DNA from: a virus
Length of the DNA: 64,000 nt
IMG/VR virus record: IMGVR_UViG_3300033512_000504
Reading direction: 5' to 3' (one strand)
The notes below the pieces were generated by a model, which saw nothing but the letters and a program-made list of their open reading frames with translations, was not told where the DNA came from and made no database searches. Position 1 is the first letter of the stretch, and each line of letters begins with the position of its first letter. Both the position numbers and the translations under genes were made by a program. Shown here piece after piece: positions 49,571-59,642 of this stretch.

Positions 49571-49800
49571 ATTTTCATCCTTTCTATTTATCGTTCTTCA
49601 TATCTTTTCGTGGTCAACTATTTTGACGTATATCCTTTTTTGATTTGTTATTTAATTCATATGGAACACGTCTTTATCCTTTTTAATTTAAAGGGACTTT
49701 ATCTATTTTGATAGAATAGATTTGAAAACTGTAAAATAACCTTCTTGATGATTTTATTTAAAACAATATATGAAATAACGTTGATTTCTGGAAAAAACAA

Positions 49801-52800
49801 ATGCATATAATCAAAATATCACAAAATGTAAATTCTGTTGACCTAAATGGCAGTTCATTAATTGTTTATCACAGAACAAAAGATCAAGAAATCGCAGGAA
49901 ACATATGCGATGTTGGCTTTATAGCGGGTGGTGGAGCTGCATATGGAACAGGCATTTATACAACATATACATTACAGTCGTCATTACAAAATCATAATTT
50001 GAAAGCTTATGGCGGAGAAATTCTAAAGGCAAAAGTAAATGTTAATGGATTTTTAATATTTGATTATGATATTGCACAACAAGTATACGGGTCTAATTAT
50101 AAGCTTATCGACCAAATAAAAAATGTAATAGGCGTTGATAAACTGATAAATTCATCATTAAATTCTGAAAAACAACTTGATGTCATAAAGCAAATAAGTA
50201 ATGATTTACATAATACAAAGATAACATCTGATTTCGCATCTACCCTTGCTCACAGATTTAAATTTGATAAATCAGGTCTTAATGGAGTTATTTTTACTGG
50301 AAAACATGACGGGAATGTTTGTCTTGCCTATAAAGAGATATTAGTTGTGCCAGTTGAACATGCATGGATTGACGGGAAAACATACAAAAATCCAATTTGG
50401 AAATCATGCGGCGAACGAAGTACTGAAGAATTGCAGAAATTACAATTGGATGAGGATAAAGCCGACCAATTCAGGAATTCAAGGCGAAAATTATTAATCG
50501 ATTTAAGACGGTTTTCAGAGAGTGGGCAAATCGACCTTAAAGCAGAGGATTATCCAAACGTTCCTGTAAAGATATTTGAAGCTGCATTGACTAATTTCCT
50601 GTACGAAGATGAAAACAGGATACAAAGATTAAGTCCGACATTAAGAAGTCAAATAAAAGATGTTATTGATATTGAATTCATGGTTAGAAAACTGAAAAGT
50701 TCGCCTACTGTCCATTGGAAAGAGTTTCAAAATCTTGATCCTGCAATTAAATCCAAAATACCATATGAATTGGTAGTTAGAATATGGGAAGATTTCATAT
50801 TGGCTAATCCGGGCTACTGGAGTCAAATACCTGATGATATTCGCTCATCAATTCCAAAGAATAAAGAGGCTGAATATTGGAAAAAACTTGTTAATAAAAA
50901 CCCTCAAAACTGGAAGCATGTTCATCCAGAAATCATTGAGTATATGAAGGATCAGATGAATCTAGAACCTTCTCAAAAAATAGCAGATTCAATATCTTCC
51001 GCACCAGATTCAAATCAAGAAGTAACGCATGAAACAGAAGAAATTGACGTTCCTGTGTCCGCTTTGGGCTGGATTCAGGAAGAAATTAGTAAGTTGAATA
51101 AAAGAGCTGGTAGACTTGGACTTCCGCCAATAACCCATGAAGTTATATCAGAAGATCTTAAAAACAGAACTCAAAAAATCAAAATTATTGGCAATGTTCC
51201 ATATATGAAAGGATGGAAACTGATATCAAGAGTATCTAGAATGGAAGATGAAAGTGGATCGCAATTTAATGTTGTCGAAACGTTAAGTGATGAACCGGCT
51301 CCAGAATCCATGAATCTTGAAGATACAGAGATGCGTTGTGATGATTGCGGACATACTCGTAAAAGAAAAGAGTGCTATATAGTTAAAAACGAAAGTGCAA
51401 CACAACCGCATGGAGTAAAACAACGTGTTTATAATATCGGCGAGTATTTGATGATAGGAAGTACCTGCTTAAGAGATTTCATTGGAGATACTGGTGGTAA
51501 AACAACTCCAGATAGTATAGCAAAATATGCCCAACAATTCCATCAAATGCTGAACCTTTTCAAAGAAGGAAGTCAATATCAGAACAAAACAGACGACGAT
51601 ATACGAAAAGAATTCAAAAATAAAGGAGCACCTATTGTATTCTTCTTGACAAAAGTAATGCAATTAGAAGATCAATTTGGATTTGTCAGCAGAGGACAGG
51701 CATATAATCAAGGTGTTGAGGCAACTGCAAATTTAGCTTGGCAAATGTGTATCGACCTTAAAACGGATCAGAAATATTCAACGGGAATCAATGCTGGACA
51801 TCTTGCTACCATATATAGTGCATTGGCGTGGATACAAACGATACCAGACCCTTCTGAGAGTGGTAATAAAAAAGAAGAGTTTTTATATAATTTGAAAAAA
51901 AGTTGCGAAATGGGAACAGTATTTGGCAAAAAGAGAGAAGGGAATATAGGGGTCGTATCATGGTTGCCAACTGCCTATAAACGTAGTCTTGAGGAAAAAA
52001 TAGATTATAAGAAGGTTACAGGCGAGGACGGAGAGGAAATATTTTTTGAAGGAACTATTTCAAGTCGTCGTCCAGTTTTATCTCAAATTTCGCAACAAGT
52101 CATGCAAGGCAAAAATATGATGCAAGATTATATTATTGCTGAAAACGCAGACGGTAGAATGGTAGCTTGGATGGAGGAAAAGACTATATTGGCAAATGTT
52201 AATCAGCCAGTATATATAAAAGGAAAGGTAATAAGCAACCTATATATTAACGGAACTACGGCGTCGGTTTTATCTGGTGTTGAAGAAATATCGGATAAAG
52301 CATTTGAAGCTGCCAGTCCGCATGTTGAAAAAAGATTAAAAGAATTATCTGCAAAAGAAAATGAAACAGAAGATTCAGAAGATAACAGCGATATAGCTTT
52401 GAATAGTCCCAAGGGAAATTATCAACACGGAGCAAAGATTACTGAAAAATATAAAATACGTTTTTCTAAACCTGCCAACAGAGGACAAACATTATACTTT
52501 CTTGATGACAATTATGGGAAAACGGTTTCTACATTTACCGATATGAATCTAGGGGCAAAAGATGATGTTGTAATATTATCGGGAACAGTGGAAATAAATG
52601 GCAAATATATCAATCTTATCGACATAGATTTACATCGTGATTCAGTATCGGGAGCATCAAGCAAGGTTAACGCTCCAGCCATGATTCCATATCAGGACGG
52701 TCAAGATGTAGAAGGCGATTTTACAATAGTTAGCTCTAAACCGGATGATTATGGCTCCACACTTTATACATTAACAGATAGTGCTGGTCGTAAGGTGTCT

Positions 52801-53883
52801 GCGTTTATCAAGGGTAATATTGGTAGTATCGGTGAAACTGTTCATTTGATAGCTAAAATTAAATTAAGCGGGGCGTATACAAATTTACAAAGGGTTAAAA
52901 TTGTCCCAAAACAGGCTGTGTCACCATCAACCCCTAATCAGACTGCAAATTCACCAGTAAATAAACCTTCTGTAACTCTTCCTATGCAACCATCAGGTAC
53001 GCAATCAACAAACCCACCTCAAAATACCAACAATATTGCTCAAAACGCAAACAATCAGCGAAACTGGTATAAAATGTGTAAAGTTGCTGGCATGTTTGAC
53101 CGAATTAATCCTTTTAACAAAAAAAATGAAACAGAACAGTCAGATTCAGTTGACGATCAAAAAGTCACTGATCCAAATGACATTACAGATTTATCGCAAC
53201 AATTGCCAGAACCCGCAAAATATAGAGACCCACAGGATGTTGACCTAAATAAGGCATATGACATGTTTGCCGATAGTTACCAGAAAGCAACAGGTAAGGC
53301 ATGGGAAAAAAGTAAATTTCTAGATCGAGCAAATGGCTGGAGATTTTACGGTGACGATGCTGGTTATATAGCAGTTAGACCACAGCGATCAGGATTGTAT
53401 AAATTAGTTGGTATTGCTGGAGATGATACCAATCCAACTGCGAAGGGACGATCTTTAATAAAAGCCTTTAAGGATTTGATGTCCGAAAATAAACCAACTT
53501 GGGGAATGGTTGCCAATGATTTAAAAGGAATGGCTGAACGTATGGGGTTAAAAAGCCCTGCTCCTTTCTTTACTAAACAATTAGTTAAATATATTCCTAA
53601 AGAGATGTTTGGCGGAGCTGAGTTAAAAGGCGTATTACCTGATGGCGGAATCCAGCTTGAATATTCTGATATTGGATCGGCTACGAAATATTTTATTGCC
53701 AATGATGCTTATTTCCAATGGTTGAAACAATCTATCGACTCGAATTCAAATATACCTAGTCCTGCAAAATTCATGCTTAAAAAGGTTCTTGATAAAATCG
53801 CAGGAAGCCGAGCGTTTATAAAAACAGCCGTGGTTTCTTCGTTTGAACAGATCGAAAACACGATTGATTTATCTGAAATATAA
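49801..53883 (+). CDS. 1360 aa multidomain protein: N-terminal ART-like domain, Zn-binding region, OB-fold-like repeats
   Basis: VYHRT..YGTGIYTT..YGG; CDDC..RKR..IGSTCL.DF; internal NWYKMCKVA. Confidence 0.55.
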   Translation: MHIIKISQNVNSVDLNGSSLIVYHRTKDQEIAGNICDVGFIAGGGAAYGTGIYTTYTLQSSLQNHNLKAYGGEILKAKVNVNGFLIFDYDIAQQVYGSNYKLIDQIKNVIGVDKLINSSLNSEKQLDVIKQISNDLHNTKITSDFASTLAHRFKFDKSGLNGVIFTGKHDGNVCLAYKEILVVPVEHAWIDGKTYKNPIWKSCGERSTEELQKLQLDEDKADQFRNSRRKLLIDLRRFSESGQIDLKAEDYPNVPVKIFEAALTNFLYEDENRIQRLSPTLRSQIKDVIDIEFMVRKLKSSPTVHWKEFQNLDPAIKSKIPYELVVRIWEDFILANPGYWSQIPDDIRSSIPKNKEAEYWKKLVNKNPQNWKHVHPEIIEYMKDQMNLEPSQKIADSISSAPDSNQEVTHETEEIDVPVSALGWIQEEISKLNKRAGRLGLPPITHEVISEDLKNRTQKIKIIGNVPYMKGWKLISRVSRMEDESGSQFNVVETLSDEPAPESMNLEDTEMRCDDCGHTRKRKECYIVKNESATQPHGVKQRVYNIGEYLMIGSTCLRDFIGDTGGKTTPDSIAKYAQQFHQMLNLFKEGSQYQNKTDDDIRKEFKNKGAPIVFFLTKVMQLEDQFGFVSRGQAYNQGVEATANLAWQMCIDLKTDQKYSTGINAGHLATIYSALAWIQTIPDPSESGNKKEEFLYNLKKSCEMGTVFGKKREGNIGVVSWLPTAYKRSLEEKIDYKKVTGEDGEEIFFEGTISSRRPVLSQISQQVMQGKNMMQDYIIAENADGRMVAWMEEKTILANVNQPVYIKGKVISNLYINGTTASVLSGVEEISDKAFEAASPHVEKRLKELSAKENETEDSEDNSDIALNSPKGNYQHGAKITEKYKIRFSKPANRGQTLYFLDDNYGKTVSTFTDMNLGAKDDVVILSGTVEINGKYINLIDIDLHRDSVSGASSKVNAPAMIPYQDGQDVEGDFTIVSSKPDDYGSTLYTLTDSAGRKVSAFIKGNIGSIGETVHLIAKIKLSGAYTNLQRVKIVPKQAVSPSTPNQTANSPVNKPSVTLPMQPSGTQSTNPPQNTNNIAQNANNQRNWYKMCKVAGMFDRINPFNKKNETEQSDSVDDQKVTDPNDITDLSQQLPEPAKYRDPQDVDLNKAYDMFADSYQKATGKAWEKSKFLDRANGWRFYGDDAGYIAVRPQRSGLYKLVGIAGDDTNPTAKGRSLIKAFKDLMSENKPTWGMVANDLKGMAERMGLKSPAPFFTKQLVKYIPKEMFGGAELKGVLPDGGIQLEYSDIGSATKYFIANDAYFQWLKQSIDSNSNIPSPAKFMLKKVLDKIAGSRAFIKTAVVSSFEQIENTIDLSEI

Positions 53884-54147
53884 TTTGTTGTATTTCGATT
53901 AATGTTCTCGTATAATATCCTTGAAATTAAACTATAAAGGATATATATAAATGTAGAAATGGTCGCAAAACAGAAAACACAGAAAATATGGCTTAAAATA
54001 CTATTGGCTACAACTTCAGCCGTTGTATTTACTTTTATTTTTAACTCAATTTATCTAGTGAGCGTAAAACCCCTACTGCGTAGCAGGTCGATAAAAGCAA
54101 CAAGCTTTTATTGAAGCCTTCAGGCTAGCGGGACGTAAGCGAACGAC

Positions 54148-54557
54148 TTAACCTTGTTCAGCTATATAATTCCTAATTGTTTCCGCATTAGCTTCTCCAA
54201 TACTGCATACAAAGTATCCATCACTCCAAAAAGTATTCTCTTTCCAATAATGATTACTTAATAGAACCTCATGTTTCTTCCATATTCTATTTGTCGTTAT
54301 AGTTTTAATTTTGTGAATTATTTGAAACGGAGAAATATTGGGTTTTGCAGATACTAACAAGTGGATATGATTAACGTCAGTTTCCATAATTTCTATCTCA
54401 TATTTCTCTTCTTTTGAAATATCTTCTATAATTTGCTTGATATCTCATTGGCAACTGAATCTATCAAAATGTTATGACGATACTTTGTACACATAACAAA
54501 ATGATACCTTAATAAGTATTTGCTGTGACTATTTTTGTTATAAGAAACTTTTTTCAT
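54148..54557 (-). pseudogene. tnpA: IS200-type Y1 transposase, frameshifted near 54440
   Basis: MKKVSY..HSKYLL.YHFV.CTKYR, then after a 1-nt shift DVNHIHLL (HUH) and FWSDGYF. Confidence 0.85.
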
Positions 54558-54609
54558 TATTTTAAAGGATTATTTTATGCTTTTGTTGTGTAATACAAGA
54601 GTTAGCATA

Positions 54610-55806
54610 AATATATTATACAAAAACGTTATGAAAAAGAACTACAAATTCAGATTATATCCTACGAAAAAGCAAGAAAGAGAACTACTTGCAACACTTG
54701 AGGAATGTCGTTTTGTATACAATAAAATACTTGATACTAGAATTAAAACTTATGAATCTGAAAAGAAAACGCTTAACAAATACGATACAAATAATCTAAT
54801 CAAAGAATGGAAAACAGAAAGAGAACCACTTCAAAACATACATTCCCAAGTAGTTCAAAACGTATCAGAGCGAGTAGATTTAGCATTTAAAGCGTTTTTC
54901 CGTCGATGCAAGGAGAAAGGAGAAAAAGCAGGATTCCCAAGATTTAAACAATTTGGTAGATATGACTCATTCTGTTTTCCTCAATCAGGATTTTCTTTAA
55001 CTCAAAACGAAAAACGGTTAAAGCTTTCAAAAATCGGTTGCATTAAAATTGTATCTCATAGAACTCTTCCAGAACAAGTAAAGAGATTAACAATACAAAG
55101 AACAAAAAGTGGCAAATGGCATGCTATATTTTCATGCGTTTTAGCTGATGTAAAGAGAACAAACAATAACCCTGCTGTAGGAATTGATTTAGGATTAAAA
55201 GAGTTTGCAGTTCTTTCTAATGGTGATAAAATAAAAAGAGAACGTTTCTTTAAAGAGGGTGAAAAGAAATTAGCAAAGGAACAACGCAAATTTTCAAAAT
55301 TAGATAAGAAAACTCCAGAACGGAACAAACAAAGAATGATTGTTGGTAAAGTGCATGAGAAGATTCAAAATCAACGTTCTGATTTCACACATAAGTTATC
55401 AAAAGCACTTGTTCAAAAATACGGAATTATTTGTTTGGAGAAATTAAATATCAAATCCATGCAAGAACAAGATAAGATTTCAGTAAATGGCAAAGAAATA
55501 AAGGCAACAAGAACACATAAAAGTATACAGGATGTTGCTTGGAATCAATTCGTACAACAATTAGAGTATAAAGCGGAAGAAGCTGGTACTAGGATTGTGT
55601 TCGTAAATCCCAAGAATACTACTAAGATGTGTTCAAGTTGTGGTAAATTAACTAGTAAGGAACTATCAGATAGAATCCATGAATGCAGTTTGTGTGGATT
55701 AGTAATGGATAGGGATTTAAATGCTAGTAAAAATATTTTGAGAATCGGAATGGATTCTCTTAGGGATAGAGATATTCCTATAGAAGCCCCTACGCCTTTA
55801 GGCTAG
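54610..55806 (+). CDS. tnpB: TnpB, copy 3
   Basis: YKFRLYP, GIDLG, CLEKL, CSSC/CSLC, DRDLNAS. Confidence 0.95.
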   Translation, partial: NILYKNVMKKNYKFRLYPTKKQERELLATLEECRFVYNKILDTRIKTYESEKKTLNKYDTNNLIKEWKTEREPLQNIHSQVVQNVSERVDLAFKAFFRRCKEKGEKAGFPRFKQFGRYDSFCFPQSGFSLTQNEKRLKLSKIGCIKIVSHRTLPEQVKRLTIQRTKSGKWHAIFSCVLADVKRTNNNPAVGIDLGLKEFAVLSNGDKIKRERFFKEGEKKLAKEQRKFSKLDKKTPERNKQRMIVGKVHEKIQNQRSDFTHKLSKALVQKYGIICLEKLNIKSMQEQDKISVNGKEIKATRTHKSIQDVAWNQFVQQLEYKAEEAGTRIVFVNPKNTTKMCSSCGKLTSKELSDRIHECSLCGLVMDRDLNASKNILRIGMDSLRDRDIPIEAPTPLG

Positions 55807-55963
55807 GGGAGCATTCACTTGATATTGTTTATGCCATTGTAACAGTAGCAATGATGTTTTCAGTAATGTCTACGGTTTGTGTTAAAAGCAAAGAAGCGAT
55901 GTCAAAATTGATACTTAAAACTGAATTTGAAGCATTTGAACGGAACAACGCATTGGGAGAAAA

Positions 55964-56485
55964 ATGAGTCGAAAATATCTTAATGATCGGTGGTGTGTAC
56001 GATGCGGAAAAACATGTCCAAACCCATATTTAATTAAAAATTTAAAACAATCTGGCATTGAATCTTGCGATAAATGTAAATCTATTGTCTTAGATATTGG
56101 TTGCGGTAATGGAAGAAATTCAAAATACATGCAATCTTTAGGTTTCGAAAATATTATATCTTTGGATATGGCTGGCGATTTTGGAATAAAGTGTATACTA
56201 GGTGTTGATAAGATGCCGATAGCAGATGACAGCATAAATATAATTCTTTGTAATTATCTTTTGATGTTCTTGTCAGACAGGGAACGAATAAACGTAATTA
56301 AAGAAATCAAAAGGATATCTTCAAGCGGATGCATTATATTGGTTGAATTATATCCAGCCAAAGATTCTTATGCAAAAACAAAAGAAGAAATGATGGAAAT
56401 GCTAGATGACATTTTTCATTCTCTTGGGTGGGATAAAATAAAATACGCTCGTGCTGGTTGTAAGTTCATCGCCAAGAAACAATAA
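55964..56485 (+). CDS. class I SAM methyltransferase with N-terminal CxxC motifs
   Basis: CVRC, CDKC; VLDIGCGNGRN. Confidence 0.8.
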   Translation: MSRKYLNDRWCVRCGKTCPNPYLIKNLKQSGIESCDKCKSIVLDIGCGNGRNSKYMQSLGFENIISLDMAGDFGIKCILGVDKMPIADDSINIILCNYLLMFLSDRERINVIKEIKRISSSGCIILVELYPAKDSYAKTKEEMMEMLDDIFHSLGWDKIKYARAGCKFIAKKQ

Positions 56486-56488
56486 GTC

Positions 56489-57277
56489 TTATATCAAGTT
56501 TTTAATAAAATCTGGTATAAATTGTGGCTGCATTGTCTCAACAAAATGAGTAACCCATTTTTTGCTGAAATCATCTAAGTCTTGGCATGTTTTAACAACT
56601 ATTTCGCTATGGTTATTATTCCCCCTATACCCTGTTGATTGAATGTCGTTTAAATATTTTTCAAGCTTAGTATTGTCGTCGCAATCTGATTTGCAAAAAC
56701 TCATTCCAAATTCTGTCATTTGCCGGTTTAATATTTCTTTAATTTCTTCAACTCTTTCATATGGGATCACGTTTCTATATTTTAAAAGGGTTACAATATG
56801 TTTCTCGGCGTGATTGTATTTTTCAAAGTTTATTCTTCTTGGGGCATTGCATTTTATTTCTAATTCCTTTTTGAAATTATCTGCATCCTGTTCATATATT
56901 TCATGACAGGATCGACATAATGGGACAATATAAATGGCGTTATGGGCTTTCAAATTATCTGGAAAATATTTTCGATACTCATATGGGATTATATGATGAC
57001 GGGTTAATTGCTCTAAATTTTCATCGCCGCAAACAACGCATTTATTGTTTCTAATTAATTTTAAATAAGATTCTTTAGATCCTTTACCCTTTGGCGTAAA
57101 ATTTAATTTTATTGCCAATGGGTTATCGTTTATAACAGTTGCCAAGTTTCTGTTTAAATACCAATGGATTCGTTTTTCCATGCATCTAAACATAAGATCC
57201 CCATCGGGCGAATAGACCTCGCAATTGCCATATATAAGTTGTTTTCTTTTGTTGTTCATGAGTCCATTATAAAACAT
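56489..57277 (-). CDS. HNH-family protein
   Basis: CVVCG, HHIIP, LCRSCH. Confidence 0.75.
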   Translation of the reverse strand: MFYNGLMNNKRKQLIYGNCEVYSPDGDLMFRCMEKRIHWYLNRNLATVINDNPLAIKLNFTPKGKGSKESYLKLIRNNKCVVCGDENLEQLTRHHIIPYEYRKYFPDNLKAHNAIYIVPLCRSCHEIYEQDADNFKKELEIKCNAPRRINFEKYNHAEKHIVTLLKYRNVIPYERVEEIKEILNRQMTEFGMSFCKSDCDDNTKLEKYLNDIQSTGYRGNNNHSEIVVKTCQDLDDFSKKWVTHFVETMQPQFIPDFIKNLI

Positions 57278-57330
57278 TTTTTAAAGAAAACATCAAAAAA
57301 ACTGTGGACCACTAAAAATTGTTGTATAAT

Positions 57331-57660
57331 GGATTCGTAAATTGGATGAATAGCATTGATAAATGAAAGCAGGATTACGAAACCCGATGATAAGGGCGGA
57401 TTACTCAAAGCTCGTAAAAAGGCATCAGTTGAATTCTTAATAGAATACGTTTCTGCGAGAGCCTGCGGCGTTAGAAACTGATGAAAGAGGTTATGTCTAT
57501 ACAGTTCAGAACTCAAGGGCAGACCAACCAAAAAGATCTCCCAATGCTCCCTCTCCGATTTGATATATAGTTGAAATAGTTCGATTGCTAGGTGACCAAA
57601 TGTGTCCCGAACCGACAGTCAAGGATATAGCTGTCTTGCGATGGAGAGAGTTGGGTATTT
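57331..57660 (+). ncRNA. putative structured non-coding RNA
   Basis: GC-enriched intergenic stretch after TATAAT (57325) with several hairpins; family not recognised. Confidence 0.4.
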
Positions 57661-57744
57661 CAATGTTTAAATAAATGATGGAAAACTTTATTGTGTTTCC
57701 TAATAGGGAGAGGTGTCTTCCAATTAAAATCTAAGGGCAGTTTT

Positions 57745-58263
57745 ATGAGAATTAAAAATGAAATATTTTGTAAAGATACTAAAGAGACAGTTAATATTAA
57801 AGATTATTACAAAACACAACATTGGTTTAATTTACAACTTGAATATATGAAATCTGATTTATCTAAACGTTGTTGTAAATGTAAATTAAATAATATTCCA
57901 GCTATTTTTATACATCGGACCAAAAAACAAATTGGTAATGAAAAACTAACTGATATATCGCCACTTTGCAGTCAATGTTCAAATTCGAATATAAAACCAA
58001 GTAAAAAGAAAACAGAACGACAGTCTTTATCACGATTTGGTTTTAATCCTGATTATTTAACGGCTGATGAGAAAAATTGGTACTTGTCAATTAAATCATA
58101 TTTAAGGGGTCATATCATTTCAAAACATTTTTCAAATCGAGCTGCTCAATATAAACCAAGTCAACAATGGATCAATAATCAAGTCAATAAAGCATGTAAA
58201 TGGATTAAGAAATGCGAAAAATCGATAAGATATGACTTGGAAAATACTGAAAATTTTGTATAA
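57745..58263 (+). CDS. degenerate HNH-like protein
   Basis: Y..T.HW, CCKC, IHRT...GNE...DI..LCSQC; only partly matches the HH/H motif. Confidence 0.5.
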   Translation: MRIKNEIFCKDTKETVNIKDYYKTQHWFNLQLEYMKSDLSKRCCKCKLNNIPAIFIHRTKKQIGNEKLTDISPLCSQCSNSNIKPSKKKTERQSLSRFGFNPDYLTADEKNWYLSIKSYLRGHIISKHFSNRAAQYKPSQQWINNQVNKACKWIKKCEKSIRYDLENTENFV

Positions 58264-58270
58264 TGAAATC

Positions 58271-58609
58271 ATGAATGTAGAAAAACCTAAAAATATTACT
58301 GAATTTTCTGGACAAGAATTTAAAGAAACTCCTAGAAACACAATTGATCTTAAGAAATTTCAGCAAGACTTGAATCAAGAAGTTGAACCAGCTAAAATTG
58401 AAACTTCGACGATAACTTGGAAAGAAATCAAGGCGTTGAAAAAATCACGTTATTTTGCTGTAAAAGATCAATTTGATAAATCTTTTGTACTCAAACATAA
58501 GATTAGCGGGATCATTGCCGAGATACAGGCACTTACTCCAGTTCAAGCTTGTAAATTCATTGGATGGAAAGTAAATCAAGTCAAAGTCATTGAAGTAATT
58601 AATAAATAA
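58271..58609 (+). CDS. hypothetical protein
   Basis: TAATG-coupled to the next gene. Confidence 0.55.
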   Translation: MNVEKPKNITEFSGQEFKETPRNTIDLKKFQQDLNQEVEPAKIETSTITWKEIKALKKSRYFAVKDQFDKSFVLKHKISGIIAEIQALTPVQACKFIGWKVNQVKVIEVINK

Positions 58610-58848
58610 TGAAATCAATAGAATCTAAACAACCATCGTTCATAAGTCTTATTATTAGAATAATATCTATGATTATTGAATTTTTTAATAAAAGAAAACA
58701 AGTTGATACTTTAATTGAAAAACAAAAATTGATTGAAATTAATGAAAAACTTAAAGATGGGTATAACAAGATAGATGATAAAAAACCAAAAGAGAAAGAA
58801 GAAGAAAATGTCGAAATTCTTAGTGATCGCCTTAATAATCGTTTTTAA
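58609..58848 (+). CDS. possible inner-membrane spanin-like protein
   Basis: Hydrophobic N-terminal segment plus coiled coil; overlaps a lipoprotein gene. Confidence 0.35.
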   Translation: MKSIESKQPSFISLIIRIISMIIEFFNKRKQVDTLIEKQKLIEINEKLKDGYNKIDDKKPKEKEEENVEILSDRLNNRF

Positions 58849-59095
58849 TTTTATGATATCTGGATGTGCTACAAGTAAACAGAATTATAATACAGTTTGG
58901 GAATTTCCACCAAAACCAATTAAAAGGGAAGTTAATTCTGTTACAGTTAAAAAGGGAATACCATTTACTCCAGAAAGTGACGGAATATATTTAGATATTA
59001 AAAGTTTAGAAAATCTCTTGTTTAATATAGATGAATTAGATATCTATATTGAAAAGCAGAAATTTCTAATTGAAACAATAAGAAAATACAAATAG
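58808..59095 (+). CDS. lipoprotein (possible outer-membrane spanin)
   Basis: Signal peptide with lipobox ISGC, followed by PPKP. Confidence 0.5.
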   Translation: MSKFLVIALIIVFNFMISGCATSKQNYNTVWEFPPKPIKREVNSVTVKKGIPFTPESDGIYLDIKSLENLLFNIDELDIYIEKQKFLIETIRKYK

Positions 59096-59113
59096 GAGAA
59101 ATAAAAAGTAAGT

Positions 59114-59632
59114 ATGCAACCATTCATAATAGATCGTAGAACTGAATTTAAGTACATAAGACTAATTGATGAGGATCAGAATTTTCATGATAAAGTGTTT
59201 GTTGGAGACGCAAGAATTAAAGCTGAAGAAAAAGGCTTAAGTCTAGTATGCTTCAATTTACCAGATAAAAATAACTTAGCCTTATGTAAAATAATCGACT
59301 ATGGTAAATGGAAATATCAGCAGGAAAAAAGTCAAAAGAAAGAACAATTAGTTCACAAAACTGTTGTTAAAGAAATGCGATTTTCACCTGTTATTGGATA
59401 TAATGACGTAGAGCATAAATTAAATCAAGTTATTGAATTCCTTAAAGATGGCGACGAAGTAGTGTTATCAATGAAATTTAAAGGGATACATAAAAGATTA
59501 ACTGCTATAGGTGGCGAACGTATGAATGAAATTGTTCAAATGTGTAAAGAACATGGAGAAGAGGTAGGTCGTAAAAGTGCTGGAAATCAAATCTTGGTTA
59601 GATTGAGACCAGTAAAAACAACAAAAAAATAA
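59114..59632 (+). CDS. infC: translation initiation factor IF-3
   Basis: IRLID, A...GL.LV, CKIIDYGKWKY, VKEMRF, FLKDGD.V. Confidence 0.9.
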   Translation: MQPFIIDRRTEFKYIRLIDEDQNFHDKVFVGDARIKAEEKGLSLVCFNLPDKNNLALCKIIDYGKWKYQQEKSQKKEQLVHKTVVKEMRFSPVIGYNDVEHKLNQVIEFLKDGDEVVLSMKFKGIHKRLTAIGGERMNEIVQMCKEHGEEVGRKSAGNQILVRLRPVKTTKK

Positions 59633-59642
59633 GGAGATTGGT

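Larger units (their letters stand above)
54059..55818 (+). mobile_element. IS605-type element (divergent tnpA and tnpB)
   Basis: Left end TGAGCGTAAAACCCC after target CTAG; right end GGGGAGCATTCAC; no target-site duplication. Confidence 0.9.
53959..55967 (+). pseudogene. small membrane-protein gene split by the IS605 insertion
   Basis: Joining 54058 to 55819 restores an 82 aa frame (..FNSIYL-V-DIVYAIVTVAMM..GEK*) ending in an ATGA overlap with the next gene. Confidence 0.8.

Noticed and set aside
54059-55818. IStron (group I intron-IS chimera)
   Set aside because: No group I core sequence at the left end; the element is just ends plus tnpA and tnpB.
57440-57500. Hammerhead ribozyme (CTGATGA core)
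   Set aside because: No UH cleavage triplet before stem I and no GAAA after a stem II.
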